The translations under genes and the position numbers were made by a program. Below, piece by piece: positions 12,201 to 24,200 of a DNA stretch of 64,000 bases; positions within the stretch are counted from its first letter, which is position 1, and each line of letters opens with the position of its first letter. The notes beneath the pieces are model-generated. The model searched no databases and had not been told where the DNA came from. It saw only the letters and a program-made list of their open reading frames with translations. The stretch is from Lingula anatina (taxonomy: Eukaryota; Animalia; Brachiopoda), in the NCBI GenBank assembly GCA_051362555.1, contig CM120640.1, forward strand, positions 64,272,788 through 64,336,787, written 5' to 3'.

Positions 12201-15200
12201 ATTGCCTTAACTGCACTAGGATTCCGTATCAAAATTATTTTTTTCCGCTGAATGGACACTTGTTTGGAAGCCAGCTGAACGATGACGCGTTTAACCCTCC
12301 GTAATGCCGATTTTTCTGTCGCAGTCAGGGTAATATTTGTATTGTATAATAGATTAGATGCGTAGTTACAGATAATTCTAGCGAGATCGTAGTGTGAATT
12401 CTTAACAACGGCAGTTATCAATTTCTTGTCGGCTATGGAAAGCAAATTGACATGAGCTTTGAATAACTTTTCTGTCTCAACTTTCATGATACACCGAAGC
12501 GATGAAAATATGTTCAGTCATTTACATGTGTATGCGTAATGCGTTTCTCCGGGAAAGATATTGGTGCGCAGACGAATGTTTTCCGCAGTGGCTTGTTTGA
12601 GATCTATTAGTAAATAACCATGGGCACTGGCTGTGGCGTCTTTATAAACATTTATAAACGTTTTAAGATCGTTTGGATACATTTGCATTCCTAGCGTTTT
12701 GACTTGCAGGGAGTCACGGGGGTTTTTAAAAAGAACCAAATAATGACAGTTCAACGATATGGTTCGCACGTGCTTTTCTTTGGGAAATAAATTTTGTACA
12801 ATCAATACTACACTAATGTTACGATGGTGAGAGCCTTTTGTGAATAGGTCACGGATCCGGGCATCGTCGCTACATTCGGCAAAAAGATCATCGAGTACTA
12901 TTAGATTATTTAATTGAGAATCAAAAAAGGTGGCGTCGGTTAAGTCGGTCGGAATACCTTTAAAGAATGTTACTGTGTCAGGGTGTTCCCTCTGAATTTC
13001 ATCAAACAACTGCTGCCAAATATCGTAACAATAAATTATCTTTTGTGGCGACGGTGAAATCATTGTATCGGCATTTGATAATAGCCTTTTAATCCACACT
13101 GTTTTTCCTGATCCAGTGGGCCCTGCTAAAAGAGCAGTGAAAGGGTGTTTTAGATGTGTATCGTACATGTCCAAAAATGTAATTGGCATTTATCGGCTTG
13201 ACGGGTTTACTTTATAACTTTTATCACATGAGAGTGGTGATGAGTTATGGGATGATTCAAATGTAACAGACGATCAGCTAGTAAATCATGTAGATCAGTT
13301 CGAAGGTGAACTCGGGATGGGGGTAGATTATAGAAGGTTTTATAATCTGCGACGAGTCAATGAACGGCGCATGAAAAAATTTTCTACTGTAAACACGGAC
13401 TATCAGCTCACATTCTCCCATTTAGAAAATAGAAGTTTAAATTCTATGATGCCCTTCCTTCGTGAGCTTTTCCAAAACATATTTGACGACTTAGTGCAGA
13501 ACATGCTTCCTCATGATTTGGTCAGAATTGTCTTGCAATCTGACACGTTAGAGTATCCCATATCAATAGCGTTCACGAGGGTATCTGAATTTACAGTGGA
13601 TCTCTTTTTGGACGAATTGATAAGAGTATTACAGTCTCACGAGGAGTTAAGACTTGACGCATCTATTATTTTAACTGTGTGTCATGTCAGTATGCCACGC
13701 CCTGGTGGAACAAGATTAAAACGTGGGTCTATGGGTATGCAGAGCTTTCTCCACGCAAAGCGTTCAGTCATCCAAATACATAACGGGGGGGGGGGGGGGG
13801 GGGGGGGAGATCAGTTGTGCTTAGCGCGTGCATTGGTTGTAGCTATGGCCAAAGCAGATTATGACCCCGAATATGCAACAATCGTTAATAAGCGCTGTCG
13901 TGAACAATTAGAAAGAGCCCAAGACTTGCATACAAGTGCTGGAGTACCGTTAGGTCCTTGTGGTGTCCCTGAAATTAAACAGTTTCAGTCATATTTGAGT
14001 AATTATCAAATATCTGTGTTTTCTGGAGATCACTTTATGAGTTTAATTCATAAAGGGCCTTCAGCTTTGAAGGAACTGTTTTTATTTTACCATAAGGGGC
14101 ATTATGATGTCATAACTTCGATAACAGGTTTCATGGGTAGGGCCTACTATTGTACGGAATGCAATATAGGTTTTGATCACATGGGTGACCATTCGTGCGA
14201 AAAATATTGCGAGAGGTGTAAAAGGGATTCGTCATGCAAGTTTGAAACATGGCGTCATTGCGATCAGTGTAGCAGAAATTTCCTCTCTGACAGCTGTTTT
14301 AGAAATCATACACTTGTACCCGAACAAGGTAGATGGTCAACCTGCCGACGATTTACTCTTTGTAAAAAGTGCACTAAATTTGTCGATCATAAAAGGGAGA
14401 AAAAACATGTGTGTTACACTTACAAGTGCAAGTCATGTAATAAGTACGTCAAAGACGGTCACTTATGTTACATGCAAATTGATAGAGATGACCGTGATGT
14501 GGATGATGACGATTTACTTATGTATATCGATGAGAATCCTGCTGCCAATTTCATTGGTAAGTTCAAACCTGGTTCAAAACGCCCTTTCATATTTTTTGAT
14601 TTTGAAGCGCAGCCATCGCATATGTTCATACCCCTTATCTAGTGGTTGCTCACAGGGTATGTCATCACTGTCTAAATTTAGACGTAACCCCCACTAGTAC
14701 ATGTGAGCTATGTGGCAAAAATGAACATGTGTTTAAGGGGCCCTCGTGTGTTGATGAATTTTGCAAATGGGTATTTGAAGATCAGAGTTTTGAACGTGCA
14801 CAAGGTAAAAGGAAAAGGAAAGGAAAAAACAAAGGAGGTCGCAGTAAACGAATGAATCCTGGAGCATCGTCATGTTTTGATGGTGATGAGTATGAATGTG
14901 AGAATAACGAGGAGGATATGATCATACATAATGGGGCTATATTGTTGGCATACAACATGTCTGGTTATGATGGTTTTTTCCTCTTAAAATGGCTCAAAGA
15001 CCAATGTATCGTTCCCGAGGTGATATTACGAGGCGCCAAGGTGCTTTCTATTAAGGTGGGCGATATAACCGTTCTTGATTCTTACAGCTTCCTCCCCATG
15101 GCACTCAACAAACTTCCCGCTGCATTTGGTCTAGATGAATCCCTGTCAAAGGGCTACTTCCCCCACTTCTTTAATACCCCTGAAAACCAAGACTATAGGG

Positions 15201-18200
15201 GTAAAATGCCCGCCACAAATTTTTATGGCTCTGACTCAATGTCTGTCGGTGCGAGAGAAAAATTTTTGGCATGGTACAATGATCAGGTTAGTCAAAACTA
15301 TATATTTGATTTCCAAAAGGAAATACTCATATACTGCCGCATGGACGTCACCATTCTTCGGCAAGCATGTCTCCGTTTCAGGAAATTAATGCTTGATATA
15401 ACAGTTGCGAATGGTGTGGAAATTGATGTGGTTTACAGATCTATCACTATAGCCAGCGCATGCAATGTTGTGTTTAGATCTTTATTTCTTATGCAAAACA
15501 CGATCGGCATTATTCCAGCACAGGGGTATAAGCCGAAAAACAAAACGTCCGTGAAAGCAGCTAAATGGTTGCAGTATAGGGCGGAGCGTGACAATGTCTT
15601 TATACAGCATGCTCATAATCAGGGAGAAAAGAAAATAGGAAAGTTTGTCGTTGATGGTTGGGCGTCAACAACTAACACTGCCTACGAGTATCAGGGGTGT
15701 TTTTGGCATGGGTGTCCAAAATGTTACAACAGTTACAATATCAACAATGTCAGTTTGATAACAATGGGTGAGTTGCTAGAAAGGACGGTGGATAAGAAGC
15801 ATGCGCTTCAATCTTTAGGTTTCAACTACATAGAGGTATGGGAGTGTGAGTTTGACAGGGTCATACGGGAGGATGCTGGCGTGAAGGAAATAGTGGATAG
15901 CGTGAACGTTGTCGATTGTATTGATCCTCGTGAAGCCTTTTACGGGGGCAGGACGAACGCAGTCAAGCTTTTTTTGTCAGGCAGATCAGGGACAGAAAAT
16001 ACGTTACATTGACGTGTGTAGTCTATATCCCTATGTCAACAAATACAAACCATACCCCCTCTGTCACCCCACCATCATAACCGAAAACTTTGGTCCTCTT
16101 AGCAAGTATGAAGGTTTAGTCAAATGTACTATTCTTCCTCCTCGCGGCCTTTATCATCCTGTCCTTCCCTATAGATCACAAGGGAAACTAACATTTCCTC
16201 TTTGTCGCACATGCGCTGACACACTGCAGCAGACGCGGTGTGAGCATAGTGACGAAGAGCGTTGTATGACAGGTACATGGGTTACGGTCGAGTTAAAAAA
16301 GGCCGTTTCCAAGGGCTATGTGATTAAACAAATGCACGAGGTCTGGCATTATGATCATGTTAGCGAATACAACCCAATCACAAAAACGGGGGGCCTTTTC
16401 TCTGACTATATCAATACATTTCTCAAGCTCAAACAAGAGGCCAGCGGCTACCCACCAGAGTGCACGACACCACAGCTAAAAAGAGACTACATTGCTTCCT
16501 ACTTCACCAAAGAGGGCATTCGACTAGACCCTAGACAAATTAAGAAGAACCCAGGTCTTAGAGCTTTGTCTAAACTGATGCTTAACAGTTTTTGGGGTAC
16601 GTATAAACAGAGTTAGCATTCATTTATTACATACACTATGTCGGCGGTTCACGCAAGATTCCAATATTTGTATTTACCACTCACTGTAAATATCAGTAAT
16701 AACAAAGTACGTACATTTGCATATTACATCTGTCCTTGATGCGTTATTATGTTTACACATTGTTTATTCACATCATACAATATTACAGTACTTCTCATTC
16801 GTGCATTTTCACTATCCTTACTATCATAGTTATGTTATTATTTTTTATTTTTGTTATTTCAGGCAAGTTCGGTCAACGAATGAACATGACACAGTCCGAA
16901 TACGTCACCGAGGTGGACGAGTACTTTGCGCTGCTGTTGAACAAATCCATCGATGTCACCAACGTGATGTTTTTAACCGATGATATGGTGGAGGTACACT
17001 ACAAACACCAATCTGAGTTTAATGAATGCTCCGATAAGACCAACGTCGTCATAGCCGCGTACACCACCGCCCACGCTCGTATGGTTCTTTACAGCGCCAT
17101 AGAGGTCCTGGATCGAAACGTTCTTTACTTTGACACGGACTCAATAATCTTCCTGGACGATGGCAGTGCACAAACCAACGCCTACCTGAATACCATCATG
17201 GGCAGCTACCTTGGCGACTTCACCGGCGAGTTGGATGAGGGGGACCACATCACCACCTTTGTGTCGGGCGGCCCTAAAAACTACGCATACGTTACCGCAA
17301 AGGGAAAGACAATTTGTAAAGTGAGGGGTATTTCACTGAATTATGAAACCTCCCAAATAGTGAACTATGAGACTTTGCGTAACATGGTACACGGTATAGG
17401 TCCGAAAGAGGTGTCAACCACTACACACCATAAAATTGTGAGAGACACTCTGAATAAAGAACTGCTCTCTAAAAGGGAGGATAAAGTTTACCGGGTTGTG
17501 TACACTAAACGTGTCATTCAGCAAGACTCATTTGATACACTACCATACGGCTATTAAATTTCATAAACTGCTGAGTAGTGTTGTTTATATAATTATCATC
17601 TTTCATTTTGTTGTACATACATTGTTTTGGTGTTTTAATCTGTATATACAACTGTTAATTCACTATAATCAATTTGTAATGCAATTATGTATCATAATTA
17701 TTATCTTTCAGTAAAATAGACATTTATGTCCATTGTTTTAATGTGTACATACAACTGTTAAATCCCTATAATCAACTTCTTACAATGCTGGAAGATTTTA
17801 ATAAAATCATGGTTTTATTTACAACTATACTTGTTTGTCACTATATTATGCTCTTTATCCTTAGTAATTCTTAAAAATCTCCTACTGTTTTAATATCAAG
17901 CCCAGGCCCGTTCTGTGACGTCATCCGTTACCATAGTGAAACGTAAACATTACCCCGACATGCCCAGGCCCATTCTGTGACGTCATCCGTTACCATAGTA
18001 AAACGTAAACAAAAATAGGGAGTCTTGTTTGTTTACTTAAAAAATTGTTTGTTTATTTTGTAAACATCCTCCATTGTTCGCTATAGGTTTTCCATTGTTC
18101 AAATGACGTAACATAACAATAGAAAAAAATGAAATTCTTTTGTTACGTATAGTACGGATGTTACTACTAGTCATGTATTACAAGACGTACGTATTAAGTT

Positions 18201-21200
18201 TCATCATTGTGAATGATAAAAAAGATCATCTAAACCTGACGTAAATATCTGTTGCAATCTGGAAAAACATTTCTCTTGATTATATGTAAAATTACTAATG
18301 TGAATAAGTGCTGTTTTAATGCACGTTTCTTACTTTTAAATTTCTTCTAGGGGAAGACCGTTGGTTATGTACCTTGTTACTTCAGTATGGATGGAAAACT
18401 AAATACTGTGCGGCCTCTGAGGCGTGGACCTATGCGCCAGAAACATTCACCGAATTCTACAACCAACGGCGCCGATGGGGTGTGTCAACCATCGCCAACT
18501 TGTACGACTTGATATCTAGCGGCTGGGAAACGTCAAATGTGAACGACAACATCTCGTTTGGATACATCCTGTACCAAGCTCTTTTACTTGCGTCAACATT
18601 GCTTGCTCCTGCCACAGTCATCTTGGCAATATCGACTTCCATCACAACATTATTGATTCCAAGTCTTGTCAATGACATTGGAGGTGCCATCGTAACTAAC
18701 GGAATTCTCATTCTTCCCATTGCAGTTTTTGTTTGGGTTTGCTGTACTCAGAGACAGAGCATTCAGATACATGTTGCTGCTATTCTTAGTGGGATTTATG
18801 CACTTTTCATGTTGGCAGCTCTGGTGGGGTTACTTGTAGAAACAATCACAAATATTGGTAGTTTGTCGTCGCTCGTATTTTTGTCTCTTGTATCCATCAT
18901 TGTTGTAACAGCCGTTTTGCACCCAAAGGAGGTCTACGTTTTGGCATTTGGGTTTATTTATTTTATTGCTGTCCCATCCATGTTTGTATTTTTGACTATT
19001 TACTCTACTTGTAATCTGCATGACATATCTTGGGGGACAAGAGAAGCAGCTAAGAAAAATGACAACATTTTAAATTCAAGCACGGATGACAAGAAAACAT
19101 TTGACTGCCAGTCAATTGTCAAATGTTTGACATGCTACAAGCGAGCTGACGACACCAAAACTGAAGAGGAGTGGCAACACGACAATGAGAAGACAGCAAA
19201 CGACGAAAGGAATCAGACAAGAAATGATGAAAAGCATGCAGAAACAGGGGAAGCAAATGTTCAACGGCCTACTCATAAAAATAAAAAAGGAAAAAACAAG
19301 GAAAAGGGGAAAGGGGGGAAAAATAAAAGGACTCTACAAGAAGCAAACCGAAATAACAACAGTAAACCAATGAATAATCCGGTAGGCGTGGAGCAGAGTG
19401 GAAATCATAAAGAAAATGACGGAAAGCATATGCAGTCAGGGGGAACAATTGTTCAAAATGGGCAAGCCAGGAATCCCCTCATTGTCGGTTTAACGGAAAA
19501 CGAGAAAAAGAATGTTCAATGTACAAGACAGCATGATGGTGTTGATGAGTTAAGCTTAAAAAACAGAGAGAGTTGCGCTGTCGAATTGGCTAACTCTATT
19601 GATGGGATAAAAGTAGCGGGGCACGACATTGAGATGACAACAAATGACTATAGGAATCAGGCATCGGAAAGCGGAAATCAAGGAAAAAATGAAAAGCATA
19701 CAGAGACAGGAGAAGTAAATTTTAAACAGCCTACTCAACCAATAACCCTGGAGGAAGTACATAAAAATGGGGGAGGAAATAAAAAGCCTCCACCAGATAG
19801 CTTATATAACAAAAGTAAACCAAGGGTAGCATGGGAAGCCAAAAAAGCCGGATATCATACAGAAAATGAGGAAACAATTGTTCAAGACCAATGGGCTAAC
19901 TCTGTTGATGGGATAGAGTGGCACGACATTGCAAAGACAACAAATGACAAAAGGAATCAGACAGAGCAAAGCAGAAATCAAGGAAAAAATATATATCATA
20001 AAGAAAATGATGGAAAGCATTCTAGTAAACGTAAGATATTCAGATATTCTCAATTTTCACATTGATTTTTCATATTTATCATTATCAAACTGTCCTCATT
20101 TTCAAAATACCCTCCTCCTTTCCCACCAATATGCGTCGATAGTCAGCAGCAAACTGGATATTGACTATTTATGTTTGCAATAGAAATTAAGCAAATCACG
20201 TATAAGCCAGCTGCTACATGTATATTCAAGGAGAGGGGGTTTGCTACACCACTGTAATAATAAGACACTGCTCCAGCGATAATATTCTACTAAAATTCTT
20301 TGCAGTTTATACACCAAAAACGCAAAAACGAACACCTTTGGAACAAAAACTACAAAATTGTATACCGATGTAAACCATCGTGGATTAAATGAATTCTTGA
20401 ATATCTTTGATTAGAGAACGAATTGATGTCAACACAAAATGGTAGGAGTCGTTCTGAAACCGAGGTGGAAGAAGAAACAGAGAGTCAGAATCTATATAGT
20501 TTGGAAAAAACTATAAATTCGACAACTGTAGGCAAAAGCAAAACTCCCGAAATGCAAAATGATGACGAAGAGAAAACCAGACAAAAGCGGAAAATCAGAC
20601 AAAGGTGGAAGACATTTTGCACCATTAAAGGACAAAAGCGGAAGCTTATTTGTAAGTAGACTTTAGTTTTTAGATTGTAATATACAATGACCATTTTCCT
20701 GTATTTCAAAACATTTGACCCGATGAGGCACATTGAACAAGAGAAGAAGAAATGAAGGGTAATTACTTTTCAATTTACTTTATGCTATTTAATTGATAAA
20801 CGAAATCAGTCACAAGCTTTGCAACAGCACTCAGAAAGGAACAAATCTTCAACAAGTCTATAGAAGGACCTAGGTTACATTTGCAATTACATTTGGTCAA
20901 CTTACGATGAAATCGTATCCGAATTTTTCTGGTCGATCGTACACCCTGCGTACGGGTTAATTGCTGTCCGATACATTGTCGTTGCCGTGCGTTTTAGAAG
21001 CCACAGCGTCATTATTGGGACTGCACGTGCGCCACATTGCAAATGTACATACATTTCTTCTCCCTCTGAGTACATGTACGTGTGCAAACGTACACCAGCG
21101 GTTGCTTGCATACTTGAGACGACATGACTGTGAGCGAGCCTCTTTCGTTGTGTGCGTATGGGCATTTTTTTTTTTCTCATACCGTTTGCGCTATTCGCAA

Positions 21201-24200
21201 GGGGTGTCAGTGCCTTAAAGCCCAGATTAAGGTGCTGTCACACCTACCTTAAAAGTTATACGTATGAGTATTATATGTGAAATCGCTGCACAGGCGCTGC
21301 GCGATAAGGGATATAGGACCTACGGGTGGTAGCTTATACATGTATGTGTACCGTACAGACATTGCAGGGCAAATGTAACCAAGGTTCAACATAGTAGTCT
21401 ATGGGCCAATGTAGACCCCCCTCCCCCCCCTTAGTGATTTTCGTTCACTATGTTTTTCTGATAGCTTAGGTCCTAAGCTTTGATTTTCCGCTTGTTTGCC
21501 ATTAAACTGGTGGTGGGTGTGTGTGCTACAGCCGTTGCCATGGTAACGTCTGAGATAAAAAATTGAAATTTCTGAGACCAAAAAAATATTAAATTTTTCA
21601 AATGTGTTAAGTGAATGGAATTCAAAATCCTTTCAGATGTATAGTTTAAGAGCTGCACTATACTTTATGATCCTCAAAATATTCCAAGATGGCTGTAAAT
21701 TCAAGATGGCGGCCAATTTTTGCTAATTTTTGAGTAATTTCAATTATTTTTCATATTTGAGTTTTTATTTAATAATAAAGGAATAAGAATGTGGGATATG
21801 TTTTGATGCGCCGGAATAGCATACAACCTCTTCTTGCTACCTACAGTATTTATTTTAGATGAAACCTTTTGATTTTGTTGTAAAATCCTGAAATCCAAAA
21901 TGGTGGCCAAAATATAAGTCTGCTGTTCCAACTGGAAAGATGCCAGATTTATCATCAAAGTGTCATTCTTTATTACTTTTAATAAACTGAATTCGAGCTT
22001 AGGACTTTTTAAAACAATTTGCATTAATTCTGATTACATTAAGACTTTCAAAATTCAAAATGGCCGCCAATATGCTTATACACACTGGCTAAAATTGATA
22101 TAATATATTCTTCCAACAGAATATTAATTTAAATTATCTCCCACCAACTTAGTCCCATTAGTGATTTTTGTTTACTATTATTTTCTGGTAGGTTAGGCCC
22201 TTAGCTTTTATTTTTTGCTTGTTTGCCATTAACCTGGTGGTGGGTATGAGTAACAGAGCTGTTGCCATGGTAATGTCTGGGGTTGAAAATTGATATTTTT
22301 GAGACCAAAAATAAAAATTAAATATTCAAAATGCATTTAAAATCATGGCATTCACAATTATACCAGATGTGTAAATTAAGAAGTGTGCTATACTTCACAA
22401 TTATCAAAATGTCCCAAGATGGCAGCAAATTCAAGATGGCTGCCAATTATTGCTCATTTTTTAATAATTTGGGGAATTTTTTTATATTTGAGTTTTTATT
22501 TAATTATTAAGAAATTGCAATGTGGCATGTGTTTTGATGTTCCATAATGGTAAAAAGCCTCTGCTGTCTGCCTAAAGTGCTTGTTGAAGATGTAACCTTT
22601 TAATTTTGACGTAAAATCCTGAAATCCAAGGTGGCTGCCACAAAACATGTCTTTTACATACGGCTGGCCTAACTGGAAAGATGCCACATTAATCACCCCA
22701 AATTAAATTCTTTATTACTTTTAGGTGTACTGAATATGGACCTAGGACCCTTTTCTATAAATTGTGTTAATTCAGATTGCATTATGACATTCGAAATTCA
22801 AAATGGCCGCCAATTTTCTTACACATGAAATGATATAATACATTATTCCAATACAAAATAAAATTTAATAAACTCAAGCTAGCTCAGCCCTATTAGCAAT
22901 TTTTTTTACTATGATTTTCTGATAGCTTGGGCCCTAAGTTCAAATATTCTGCTTGTTTGCCATGTAATAGGTGAAAGGTGTGACAGATTCAGCTGTTGCC
23001 ATAGTAACACAGGGGTTTTAAAATTATAATTTCTGGGACCTTAAAATTGCCATGTATTTCAAATATATGATCTCGCTGTATTGTAAACTTTTTAAAAAAA
23101 TTAGACTTGGACCTAAGTTATCAACAAAATTATTTGAAAAAATTATCGTAGTTCAATTGCCAAAATGGCAGCCAATCCAAGATGACGATAGATTTATGTT
23201 AATTTTCTTCTTATTACTGAAAGTAGCTTTTTGTGAACTTTGAAAGCAGCATTGGAATTGAAAAAATGTTAGGTTTTTGGATATGCTGATATGAACAGAA
23301 TTGCATAATTACTGTTTACAGTGTTTGTTACTCCTATATCCTCTTTTTTAAGTGTAATAAAACCTAAAACCCATGGTGGCCATCACAAAACAGGGTTCAT
23401 ACATATTGCTCTGCTGACCGAATATATATTACATTTTCGTTTCAAAATGCCTCTTGTGCTCTTTCTGATAAACTGAATTAACCTATTAGGATATTATCTA
23501 AATATAAATCATTTCTATTCATTTTCAGCCAAATTATATTTACTTGGCTATTCCAAAATTCACCATGGCCACAAATGGCCATGACAGTGCAGGTATGAAT
23601 TTTGCTGCAATAATATTAAACAGTGCAACAAACAAATAATTCTAAAATTTGTGCAGTTAATTATAATCAAATATGCCCTTTCTACACTGCTTTCACGGAA
23701 ACACTTGTCCATATTTAGTTAAATATTTAGGATTAAGGCTTTTTGAAAATGGATGAAATGTCTTGGCTGTAGTCTTTTTTCATGAAGAATGTTCACTGGA
23801 AAGCCAATTAAAATTTGCTTTTACCTCTGAAACTGAGTTTTTGTTACAATCTAAGATGGTGTTCATCTATATGAATAAATGGAATAAAACTTTTACATGT
23901 ATATGCCATAACTCAGCTTCAAACTGCTAGAGAGGTACAATTATATCCACGTTGTGGAAAAATCAATATATCCACTAACTTCAACTGAATATATAATTTA
24001 ATTTTTTATAACATTTTACTTAAAATATAATTTATAGAAATGCAAAATCGCCATCTATATTTGCAAACTAGTTGCCTTTCACTCAAAATCAGACTATTTT
24101 GTGTCATTCAACTTGCCCAATAGATGGTAAGAGATGATCAAATAATTTCAGCCATCTACCGCACGATAATTTAAATACTTGTAGACCATATTGAGTTATT

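Larger units (their letters stand above)
13317..17557 (+). pseudogene. Protein-primed DNA polymerase B with N-terminal OTU-like and Zn-finger regions and a Vsr-like insert; frameshifts near 14615 and 15970; intron 16597-16862
   Basis: LCLARAL/HYDVI (OTU-like), ExoI FFDFE, ExoII YNMSGYDG, ExoIII YCRMDV, Vsr-like VDG...YEYQGCFWHGC...WECE, motif A YIDVCSLYP, motif B KLMLNSFWG|KFGQ, motif C YFDTDS. Confidence 0.93.
554..18168. mobile_element. Full-length Polinton/Maverick (endogenous polintovirus), 17.6 kb, in chitin synthase intron 459-18350
   Basis: AGTAGT...ACTACT termini, 230-bp TIRs and a perfect 6-bp TSD AGTCAT (548-553, 18169-18174). Encodes pPolB, integrase, ATPase, protease and two capsid proteins. 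Confidence 0.98.

Noticed and set aside
14557-14642. Possible 86-bp GTAAGT...TAG intron that would repair the first pPolB frameshift in frame
   Set aside because: It would delete the essential ExoI FFDFE motif, and HTPYLVVAH is already visible in the second frame. A small deletion is the simpler explanation; RNA-seq could overturn this.
20890-21300. Possible Harbinger-like MITE remnants (GGTGTCAGTGCCTTAA / TTAAGGTGCTGTCACACC)
   Set aside because: The sequence is too degenerate to define paired termini or a TSD.
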